The notes beneath the pieces were generated by a model. The model did no database searches. It worked only from the letters and a program-made list of their open reading frames with translations, and was not told the DNA's origin. Source: a virus (lineage: Duplodnaviria > Caudoviricetes). Taken from it: a DNA stretch of 64,000 bases. The stretch is taken from positions 9,747 through 73,746 of IMG/VR virus record IMGVR_UViG_3300021255_000070, one strand, 5' to 3'. Made by a program: the position numbers and the translations under genes. The number at the start of each line of letters is the position of its first letter. Within the stretch, counting starts at the first letter, position 1. Positions 57,606 through 64,000 of the stretch are shown in pieces.

Positions 57606-57679
57606 AGGTGCTTAGTTCAATGGTAGAATCAGGGATTCCAAATCCCAAGATAGAGGTTCGATTCCTTTAGCTCCTGCCA
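57606..57679 (+). tRNA. tRNA-Trp (anticodon CCA)
   Basis: Acceptor AGGTGCT/AGCTCCT (one mismatch), loop TTCCAAA, T-loop GTTCGAT, G73 plus CCA. Confidence 0.9.
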
Positions 57680-57683
57680 ATAT

Positions 57684-57773
57684 GGAATAGTGCCTGAGTG
57701 GTTTAAAGGAACAGTCTACTAAACTGTCGGGGTAGTAATACCTCCGTTGGTTCAAATCCAACCTATTCCACCA
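57684..57773 (+). tRNA. tRNA-Ser with anticodon ACT (type II, long variable arm)
   Basis: Acceptor GGAATAG/CTATTCC, stem ACAGT/ACTGT with loop CTACTAA, variable arm GGGGTA-GTAA-TACCTC, T-arm GTTGG-TTCAAAT-CCAAC, CCA end. Confidence 0.88.
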
Positions 57774-57906
57774 TCTATTGAATTTCTTTTCTTGGTTCTA
57801 TATAATTGATTTGTAATCTTGAATAACGAAATGAAGAGTTAGGGTAGAGAGTGGTTTAATAAAACTGCTGTAGTTTGTATATGGTTGCTCTCTACCCTCC
57901 TTATTC

Positions 57907-58293
57907 TTATTTATCTTTCTTAGCTTCTTTTAAATATTCATCTAATTTAACATTTAGTAATTCTATTGCTTTCTTAGCCGTATCTGATTCCGCTACTGTA
58001 TTCACAGCTTTATTTAACTCATTAATACCTAAAGAAATATAAATAGTTTTACTAGATGGTGTTAATAAACTAATAGAAGTAATTACTAAAATAGTTGGAA
58101 TATATATTTTTAAAAATTTAAGTATAGGTTTTTCAAATGAAGAAGGCATATCTGTAATAAACTCTCCCTCAGTTACAAGTACCAAGAATCCAATAATTCC
58201 TAAAATAAATAAAGTAACAGCGATAATAAAAACAGTAAAATGACTAATACTTGTACAAATATCAGCGAGCCAGAGGATTAAGAATAAATTCAT
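57907..58293 (-). CDS. Hypothetical membrane protein
   Basis: Two hydrophobic segments and a PSSKTIY motif; SD AGGAG. Confidence 0.7.
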   Translation of the reverse strand: MNLFLILWLADICTSISHFTVFIIAVTLFILGIIGFLVLVTEGEFITDMPSSFEKPILKFLKIYIPTILVITSISLLTPSSKTIYISLGINELNKAVNTVAESDTAKKAIELLNVKLDEYLKEAKKDK

Positions 58294-58294
58294 T

Positions 58295-58492
58295 TTAATT
58301 ATCTCCTATTTTTAATTTTTTATATAATTTACTTAAAGATTCTATTTTGTTTTCTGCATGGCTCATAACTGTATTACGTATATCTGTATTTGCAAGCATA
58401 AAAGGGACTAATCTATTTTCTAAATTTGTTTTATTAAGCATGATAGATTCAAGTATTAAATCTCTTTCATACTTAGTTATTTTTATAAGCAT
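58295..58492 (-). CDS. Small hypothetical protein
   Basis: 65 aa, tightly packed. Confidence 0.6.
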   Translation of the reverse strand: MLIKITKYERDLILESIMLNKTNLENRLVPFMLANTDIRNTVMSHAENKIESLSKLYKKLKIGDN

Positions 58493-58511
58493 ATTTATAC
58501 CATTTTACTTT

Positions 58512-58748
58512 TTAAATATTTATCTTTAATGCATCTTCAATAATCTTTTTAGTAATAATAGCATCGCTTAATTCTAATCGTTCTCTTAGAACATCTGTTA
58601 TACAGTATTTAGATTGAAAGTTAAATTCTCTAGCAATCTTTATTTCAAATTCTTTATGCTCTATATTCACGTTTTTACCATTTACATATCTACATATAGC
58701 TTCATAGATAATTTTTAAATGCTTTGGTTCTAGGTTCTCAATATTCAT
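58512..58748 (-). CDS. Small hypothetical protein
   Basis: 78 aa, co-oriented cluster. Confidence 0.6.
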   Translation of the reverse strand: MNIENLEPKHLKIIYEAICRYVNGKNVNIEHKEFEIKIAREFNFQSKYCITDVLRERLELSDAIITKKIIEDALKINI

Positions 58749-58760
58749 AGATATTAACCT

Positions 58761-58955
58761 TTATATCCATACTTCAATTTCATAGCCATCTGTCCCATTA
58801 CCAGTGATATTCCAATCTGTAATTTCTTTATCTTTAAAAGCTAAATATTCTGATATACCTAAATAACAAACTTCATGGTTATAACAATCATGGATAATAA
58901 TCTTTGAAGGCTGTTCTCTAATCTCATTTAACTTAACTAATGTCTTTAATTTCAT
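58761..58955 (-). CDS. Small hypothetical protein
   Basis: 64 aa, SD GGAG. Confidence 0.6.
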   Translation of the reverse strand: MKLKTLVKLNEIREQPSKIIIHDCYNHEVCYLGISEYLAFKDKEITDWNITGNGTDGYEIEVWI

Positions 58956-59268
58956 TTTCTATCTCCCATATTGCATAAGGATGCTCTGAATCAAGTATTA
59001 TTCCTTGTGTAGTAATATACGTAAGAGTATATCTACCTAATTTTATATAACCACATGAGTCAAGTAGATTAATTCTCTTTTCAATATTAGGTTCTTTTGC
59101 ATAAATAATTAATTTATCTATTAGGTGGGAATTTACTTTATAAACATTACCCATTGCAGGATGTGAATAACTAGGAGGTTCATATACTGCAAATATATAT
59201 TCCTTATCTGGTTCAAGATATAATGGTATTCTAGGTTTTTTAGGAAATAATGGTATAGTTAATTTCAT
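58933..59268 (-). CDS. Hypothetical protein
   Basis: 111 aa, ATGA overlap with the upstream gene. Confidence 0.65.
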   Translation of the reverse strand: MKLTIPLFPKKPRIPLYLEPDKEYIFAVYEPPSYSHPAMGNVYKVNSHLIDKLIIYAKEPNIEKRINLLDSCGYIKLGRYTLTYITTQGIILDSEHPYAIWEIENEIKDIS

Positions 59269-59459
59269 TCCTCTAATTCCTCAAATACAACTCTCTGTCT
59301 TAACTCTTTAAATTTTTCTTCTAATTCTTTATACCAATGTGCTCTTTTAATTGTTTCAGAATCCATCATTTCTTGTCTTGCATTATATATAGCATTATCA
59401 AATATACTTGATAGAGTTTCTCTATCTTCTTCATTGACTTTAATCTTTATCAAGTTCAT
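59265..59459 (-). CDS. Small hypothetical protein
   Basis: 64 aa, ATGA overlaps on both sides. Confidence 0.65.
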   Translation of the reverse strand: MNLIKIKVNEEDRETLSSIFDNAIYNARQEMMDSETIKRAHWYKELEEKFKELRQRVVFEELEE

Positions 59460-59665
59460 TCTTCTACCTCAATGTGTAAATAAGCTTCATCAGTGTCAAA
59501 CCAACAAACTCGTATAGTTTTTACTGTTTTATCTTTTATTTTTCTATCTAAAAGAATTTTATCGTTAAGATAATCATGCTTATACCCAAGATATTCCTCT
59601 TCACCACAAGTAACAAAGATATATTCTGTTTCAGGAATAAACTTTAGTTGTTCTTCTAATGTCAT
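59456..59665 (-). CDS. Small hypothetical protein
   Basis: 69 aa, ATGA overlaps. Confidence 0.65.
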   Translation of the reverse strand: MTLEEQLKFIPETEYIFVTCGEEEYLGYKHDYLNDKILLDRKIKDKTVKTIRVCWFDTDEAYLHIEVEE

Positions 59666-59886
59666 TCTTCCACTCCCAATTTCTTTAAAAGTTCATTACA
59701 TCTGTCTATGGTTTCTTCTGCTTCTTTGATTTGTTTTTTCTGCACCTTTACACAAATACTGCCACAGCCAATTTGTTCTAAAACATGCTTACTTTCTGAA
59801 TATAATATACTTGCATACTTTCTTTCATCTTTAACCAAGTCTATAAGTAATTTAGTTTCAGCATCCGTTAATGTTATTTTTGTCAT
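59662..59886 (-). CDS. Small hypothetical protein
   Basis: 74 aa, SD-like GGAG/AGGA. Confidence 0.65.
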   Translation of the reverse strand: MTKITLTDAETKLLIDLVKDERKYASILYSESKHVLEQIGCGSICVKVQKKQIKEAEETIDRCNELLKKLGVEE

Positions 59887-59904
59887 TCCTTCACTCCAAA
59901 ATAT

Positions 59905-60108
59905 TTATTGACCATATGGAGTAGGTTCAATTACAACCTTGTATTTACACTCAACCATGCCAGTTTTTAAATTCACTTTTTTGGTTGATAAATCTGCCTC
60001 TACACTGATTTTAGAAATATCTGCATAATGATTATTTCTTGATATGATTTTTACATCTACATCAGGACTATATTTTTTTAGTTCATCTATTAACTGTTTA
60101 ACTTTCAT
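59905..60108 (-). CDS. Small hypothetical protein
   Basis: Likely start MKVKQLIDELKKY at 60108, overlapping the upstream stop. Confidence 0.65.
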   Translation of the reverse strand: MKVKQLIDELKKYSPDVDVKIISRNNHYADISKISVEADLSTKKVNLKTGMVECKYKVVIEPTPYGQ

Positions 60109-60616
60109 TTTCCAGAACTCCAAAAGGTTTCCACTCGTTATCATCTTTATACTCATAATTAAATAATTCATTTAGATTAAATGATGTGTCACCGATTGTT
60201 ATATAATCTGTCTTATCACCAGACGTACAAAAATCAGTTATAACTCCGTAACCTGTCGATACAATGCTTCCATTAGAAGTAAGTCTATAATGAACTATGT
60301 GCAATAAATCTAAACCAGTTTTGTTCTTAAATTCATCAATACTCCTAAAAGGTCTCCACTTCTTTTCTTCAACTTCTTTTACTTTTTCTGCTGGAAGAAA
60401 AAAACTATAATTTATTTTTCCATAAGAAGAATAATTCACCGTAAAACATTCCGAATTATCAGGATCTATTTCTCCAAGTATTTCAATAATGTTTCTTTCT
60501 ACATAGTTTTTAAGTGCCTCAATAGTATCAGCAAAATATCCTTCTTTGCCTATATACTTTTCGGCTTCATCATGGTTATACCAACTGATAATGTCTTCCA
60601 TATTAAATGTTTTCAT
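60098..60616 (-). CDS. Hypothetical protein, paralog family member 1
   Basis: YIGKEGYFADTI...RPFRSIDE...YEY..W.PFGV shared with 60620-61141 and 62448-62939. Confidence 0.8.
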   Translation of the reverse strand: MKTFNMEDIISWYNHDEAEKYIGKEGYFADTIEALKNYVERNIIEILGEIDPDNSECFTVNYSSYGKINYSFFLPAEKVKEVEEKKWRPFRSIDEFKNKTGLDLLHIVHYRLTSNGSIVSTGYGVITDFCTSGDKTDYITIGDTSFNLNELFNYEYKDDNEWKPFGVLENES

Positions 60617-60619
60617 ACT

Positions 60620-61141
60620 CTATTCCTCAATTCCGAATGGTAGCCAGGTCTCACCTTCGTCTTTACTGTACTCATAACTGTCTAATAAGTCCGATGCTTC
60701 TATATAGTCATTGCCTAAAACTATACTGAGAAATTTCCCCTTCTCTAGTCCAATCGCTGTTACTATTACACTATACCAATTATCGTTATTCTTAAACCTG
60801 AATGTAACCATGTTACCAAGAGAAAGCCCCGCTGCATGTAGCTCATTCATAGTGTTGAATGGTCTTAACTGTTTCTTTATCTTATGAACTTTATCAGCAG
60901 GTACACACAGTGCATAAGCATCTGTTGTGCAGTCATCCCTATGCACATTAAAACGTAACTCACAAAGGTTACTATTAATACCCTCTAAGGTATGGGTAAA
61001 GCCTTCTTTAATCTGTTGCTCTAAAGCTGTAATAGAATTGGCAACATATACCTCTTTACCAGTATATTCCACAGCTTGATCTGCTGTAATTGCAGTGAAT
61101 ATATTATCCTTATCTACCATATCAAATAGATTTGTTTTCAT
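60620..61141 (-). CDS. Hypothetical protein, paralog family member 2
   Basis: YTGKEVYVANSI...RPFNTMNE...YEY...WLPFGI. Confidence 0.8.
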   Translation of the reverse strand: MKTNLFDMVDKDNIFTAITADQAVEYTGKEVYVANSITALEQQIKEGFTHTLEGINSNLCELRFNVHRDDCTTDAYALCVPADKVHKIKKQLRPFNTMNELHAAGLSLGNMVTFRFKNNDNWYSVIVTAIGLEKGKFLSIVLGNDYIEASDLLDSYEYSKDEGETWLPFGIEE

Positions 61142-61143
61142 TT

Positions 61144-61401
61144 TTACCTCGTATAAGTTATAAAATCACATATGCCACAAAATGCAAATAGAAGAATAAT
61201 GATTATTAAAAATGCAAGTGCTAATAACCATATAGGAGCTAACGTATAAAATAAAGCTGCCCACCATGAAACTGATTTATCGTATAAATCATCTAGGTCA
61301 TGTTTGTTTTCTATTATCTTAGCTACTATGAAAACTATTAGACCAATAAGTACACTGATTACTGAAATGGTTTCTAAAATTACAAATGTAGAATGTTCCA
61401 T
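61144..61401 (-). CDS. Hypothetical two-TM membrane protein
   Basis: 85 aa, two hydrophobic helices. Confidence 0.65.
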   Translation of the reverse strand: MEHSTFVILETISVISVLIGLIVFIVAKIIENKHDLDDLYDKSVSWWAALFYTLAPIWLLALAFLIIIILLFAFCGICDFITYTR

Positions 61402-61429
61402 TTTATTAGACCTATGTTATAATCTCCTC

Positions 61430-61542
61430 ATAGGTTAAAAGGCTCGTTGGCTAGATCGCGTAAGTGCTGACCTTGTGTAATACCATAGTGGGAGTGCGCG
61501 CTTTAAACATTATGTCATTACATAGTAAACCTCTTAACCTAT
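61430..61542 (-). ncRNA. Candidate structured RNA/cis-regulatory element
   Basis: 13-bp closing stem ATAGGTTAAGAGG/CCTTTTAACCTAT (G-U only on the - strand) enclosing a GC-richer core with internal hairpins; intergenic. Confidence 0.45.
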
Positions 61543-61551
61543 ATCCTTTTA

Positions 61552-61806
61552 TTATTCTTCAGACTTCCATTCCTTTTTCTCAAGTGTGTAATTAAAGAAA
61601 ACTCTTGCAAATGTAATTAAGAAATCTGCATCTACTTCAGTATATTTAGTAGCTTCTTTTTTAGTACCCCATTGCAATGAAGGTATATCAGCTGATCCAA
61701 CAGGTGTACCAGTATGTGCTCTATACTTATTACATAAATACATTTTGTCTTTAGGTACACCCGGTTGGTTTCTTTTCAAACAATATAATACTGGTATTGG
61801 TTCCAT
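61552..61806 (-). CDS. Hypothetical protein
   Basis: 84 aa, SD AGGAGG. Confidence 0.7.
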   Translation of the reverse strand: MEPIPVLYCLKRNQPGVPKDKMYLCNKYRAHTGTPVGSADIPSLQWGTKKEATKYTEVDADFLITFARVFFNYTLEKKEWKSEE

Positions 61807-61819
61807 TTAATAACCTCCT

Positions 61820-62032
61820 TTACCATCCTCTATTATCTGGGTAATGCCAATTACCCCAATCATAGTGTTCAGCTTCCCACTCTTCATTTTCTTTCTTTCT
61901 CTGAGCTAAATCTTCATAATCTGGTTCATTGTCATAATCATCTTCTCCTTCAGAGCCGTTAATATCATCTTCATCGAAGTCCATATCGTAATTAGATAAA
62001 TTACCTATTATCTTATCTTTGTTAATTGTCAT
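61820..62032 (-). CDS. Small highly acidic protein
   Basis: 70 aa, D/E-rich. Confidence 0.65.
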   Translation of the reverse strand: MTINKDKIIGNLSNYDMDFDEDDINGSEGEDDYDNEPDYEDLAQRKKENEEWEAEHYDWGNWHYPDNRGW

Positions 62033-62172
62033 TTCTTTCTTTCTCTATAGATATATCTTTCTAGACAATATTTGATATTTCTTATATCTCTGGTTAATTC
62101 ATTAAGAACTACTAACTCCATAAGAAGTATTATTCCAAATACTATCAGTACAATTGAAAATGCTATTTCCAT
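62029..62172 (-). CDS. Small membrane protein (47 aa, not in the ORF track)
   Basis: MEIAFSIVLIVFGIILLMELVVLNELTRDIRNIKYCLERYIYRERKK; SD GAGGA; ATGA overlap downstream. Confidence 0.65.
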   Translation of the reverse strand: MEIAFSIVLIVFGIILLMELVVLNELTRDIRNIKYCLERYIYRERKK

Positions 62173-62448
62173 TTATTCCTCAAAGTCAGGTAAAAGTTCA
62201 TATCTTAGCTTCCTTAACTTATTTGCATAGTAAGGGTCTTTTTCATGTATAGAATCAGATGCTATTTTTAAAGCATCTAATATCATATGAAATTCTGTTT
62301 CCGATAGAGATACTTTAATCATCTCTTCATCAGAATTATACTGATGATTAATCTTATATTGTTCAGGTACTGTATGCTGGTTCATAGGAAGGGTATCTGC
62401 TAAAGCTATTGAACCAAAGAAGGAAAGAAATAATAAATATCTACTCAT
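62173..62448 (-). CDS. Hypothetical protein with an N-terminal signal-like segment
   Basis: 91 aa; stop/start overlap with neighbours. Confidence 0.6.
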   Translation of the reverse strand: MSRYLLFLSFFGSIALADTLPMNQHTVPEQYKINHQYNSDEEMIKVSLSETEFHMILDALKIASDSIHEKDPYYANKLRKLRYELLPDFEE

Positions 62449-62939
62449 TACATAAACTCCTTTACTCCAAATCTAAACCAAGTATCTTTGAAGTAATATT
62501 CAAGGTGCTGATGTAATCTATCAATAGTATAGTAATCCTGACTAACCTGTATTCCATTATTATCTATTCCAGTAATGAGAGCTTTGAATACAGCACTATG
62601 ATTATAGATTTCTCTTAAAGTAACTATTGAACCAACATCTAACTCAGTTACTTTCTTTAATTCTTCAATGTTTTTAAAAGGTCTTATTATTTCTGTTGGT
62701 TCTTTAGATGCATATTTAAGAGGATAAAATAAACCATACATATTATCATCATTACTATGGAATATCATTTGAATGTTATAGCTATCTCCTATAGTAACTT
62801 CAACTAATTTCTTATAGAAATTACTATTAATATTAAATTCTAAGTCAGATATAGAATCTGCAAAGAATCCATAGCTTCCAATAAATTGATTAGCTTCTTC
62901 AGCATTTATAAAAGAGAATATCTTGGTTCTATCAAACAT
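62448..62939 (-). CDS. Hypothetical protein, paralog family member 3
   Basis: FIGSYGFFADSI...RPFKNIEE...EYY..W.RFGV. Confidence 0.8.
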   Translation of the reverse strand: MFDRTKIFSFINAEEANQFIGSYGFFADSISDLEFNINSNFYKKLVEVTIGDSYNIQMIFHSNDDNMYGLFYPLKYASKEPTEIIRPFKNIEELKKVTELDVGSIVTLREIYNHSAVFKALITGIDNNGIQVSQDYYTIDRLHQHLEYYFKDTWFRFGVKEFM

Positions 62940-62951
62940 AGGTACTCCTAT

Positions 62952-62987
62952 AAAAAAAAAAAAATACCCTAGACTAAGCTAGGGTAT
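62952..62987 (-). terminator. Intrinsic terminator
   Basis: ATACCCTAG/CTAGGGTAT stem followed by a 13-U tract on the - strand. Confidence 0.85.
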
Positions 62988-63013
62988 AAGACGTTAAGTA
63001 TATGAACACTAAA

Positions 63014-63244
63014 CTAGGATAATCCTACTAAGTGAGTAACACAGTATATTAGTAGGTAAAAACAATATAGCATAGAAATGATAAATAAACACTCACAGGA
63101 ATGAATAACAAGATTCTGTAGTAACTTACTACCTTTTTTATTACAAAACCTTTCTATGAGCTTCATAATTGCAAATAAGAGCCAATTTGTAATAAATATT
63201 ACTACAGCTAATACAGATATGGCTCCTATCAGATATTCATTCAT
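63014..63244 (-). CDS. Hypothetical two-TM membrane protein
   Basis: 76 aa, hydrophobic. Confidence 0.6.
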   Translation of the reverse strand: MNEYLIGAISVLAVVIFITNWLLFAIMKLIERFCNKKGSKLLQNLVIHSCECLFIISMLYCFYLLIYCVTHLVGLS

Positions 63245-63271
63245 TTCTTGGTTCTCTATACATAAATACTT

Positions 63272-63418
63272 TCATGCATAGTATGAACCAATAACTGCAA
63301 ATATTCCAAATGCTAAACAAGAAATAGTAATCCAGCCAAAGATTTCAGTGAACTTAATCTTTAGCTTTAGTCTTTTTATTTCTTTTTCTATATCTAGTTT
63401 CTTATTTTTCTTCTTCAT
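63272..63418 (-). CDS. Small basic/TM protein (48 aa, not in the ORF track)
   Basis: MKKKNKKLDIEKEIKRLKLKIKFTEIFGWITISCLAFGIFAVIGSYYA; overlaps the upstream stop region. Confidence 0.5.
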   Translation of the reverse strand: MKKKNKKLDIEKEIKRLKLKIKFTEIFGWITISCLAFGIFAVIGSYYA

Positions 63419-63677
63419 TTGTTAGTCCGTCAATAATAATGTTCTGATTTGCTGATATAGCTTCTACTTTGCCGTCAGGTGAGGAGATATCTATCATACC
63501 TTCTGGTGTGATATAAATACGGCATACAGATGGGAAATGTTTCTTATGTTGTTTAGTATTGGTATTGTCAGGTTTAGCTAATAATGAATTAGTGGCTACA
63601 GAATAGCCTATAAGAAAGGAAGAAGCAAAACCTGTAATTATTATTAAATATAAAAATCCATATTTTATTTTAAGCAT
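63402..63677 (-). CDS. Hypothetical membrane-anchored protein
   Basis: 91 aa, N-terminal TM, SD AGGAG. Confidence 0.65.
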   Translation of the reverse strand: MLKIKYGFLYLIIITGFASSFLIGYSVATNSLLAKPDNTNTKQHKKHFPSVCRIYITPEGMIDISSPDGKVEAISANQNIIIDGLTNEEEK

Positions 63678-63728
63678 AAAAAGCTCCTGTTCAGGTAAAT
63701 AACCCGAAACAGGAGATGGAAGATAAAG

Positions 63729-64000
63729 CTACTCTATGACACATTCATCAGGTATGAATTTTCTATACTGGTTCCAGCCTCTGAAGTTGGAATGGAGGTA
63801 ACCACCTTCAGGAGCTGGAGTAGCTATATGCTCAAAAGCAGACATATGCTTATTCTCTTTGAGCTTCTTGGCAAGCTCTAGGTCTTTCTCTATAGTAGAA
63901 GAACCATCAAAAGCCTTATAGCTTACTCTGGCACATCTAGCTACAGAAATATCTTTTAATGTATCTATATCTAAGGTATCTTTTTCTTCTTGGTTCACAT
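63729..64000 (-). CDS. thyX: FAD-dependent thymidylate synthase-like protein, C-terminal part (cut by the window edge)
   Basis: SVARCARVSY and HMSAFEH motifs; N4 gp30 position; the frame runs to the window end. Confidence 0.8.
   Translation of the reverse strand, partial: VNQEEKDTLDIDTLKDISVARCARVSYKAFDGSSTIEKDLELAKKLKENKHMSAFEHIATPAPEGGYLHSNFRGWNQYRKFIPDECVIE

Noticed and set aside
2691-59911. Antisense or alternate-frame ORFs in the track (e.g. 2691-2984, 5901-6086, 6799-7041, 10826-11110, 10839-11036, 18769-19017, 20843-21034, 21728-21913, 24764-24952, 26523-26804, 30792-31046, 31400-31684, 32338-32574, 35848-36060, 38715-38916, 43503-43807, 47232-47525, 52015-52215, 53853-54044, 54482-54845, 57036-57257, 58347-58529, 59708-59911)
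   Set aside because: They lie wholly within well-supported genes, lack SD sequences and recognisable motifs, and are typical shadows of biased codon usage. Only the Rz1 lipoprotein frame was accepted.
62952-62964. 13-nt poly(A) run as a phase-variation tract
   Set aside because: It is intergenic and is the U-tract of a clear - strand terminator; its length may also be an assembly artefact.
1-64000. CRISPR array or diversity-generating retroelement behind the recurring motif and variable fibre tips
   Set aside because: The octamer is dispersed irregularly inside genes, not in a repeat-spacer array; no reverse transcriptase or template/variable repeat pair was seen.
1-64000. Stop-codon reassignment
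   Set aside because: The standard code gives dense, uninterrupted ORFs including a 12.6-kb gene; no suppressor tRNA is present.
1-64000. Integrase/repressor lysogeny module and the N4 RNAP II subunits
   Set aside because: No such motifs were found; the early region lies outside this window, so absence here is uninformative.

Overview
The window covers most of an AT-rich (about one third GC, estimated by eye) N4-like podophage genome (Schitoviridae-type). The + strand (0.4-43.4 kb) carries the late module in N4 gene order: gp69-like gene, terminase, gp67-like gene, an expanded tail fibre/receptor-binding cluster, an accessory cassette, the lysis cassette (holin, GH19 endolysin, Rz with embedded Rz1), portal, major capsid, gp55-gp52-like genes, probable ejection proteins and a 4213-aa virion RNA polymerase. 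The - strand (43.5-64 kb) carries the replication/middle module: RusA-like resolvase, SSB, AAA ATPase, primase, PD-(D/E)XK nuclease, a family A DNA polymerase split into two genes with five ORFs between them, a Dda-like helicase, many small ORFs and a ThyX-like gene cut by the window edge. Three tRNAs are present (Gln-TTG, Trp-CCA and an unusual Ser-ACT). The strongest unexplained signal is genome-wide enrichment of the octamer CTTGGTTC/GAACCAAG: at least 40 copies counted by eye against about 1 expected, and none in one foreign-looking 2.6-kb segment. Other notable items are the split polymerase, two convergent Hc1-like histone genes, a RepL-like gene behind a perfect palindrome and a candidate structured RNA at 61.4-61.5 kb. 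All protein assignments come from motif recognition and synteny; no database searches were run.
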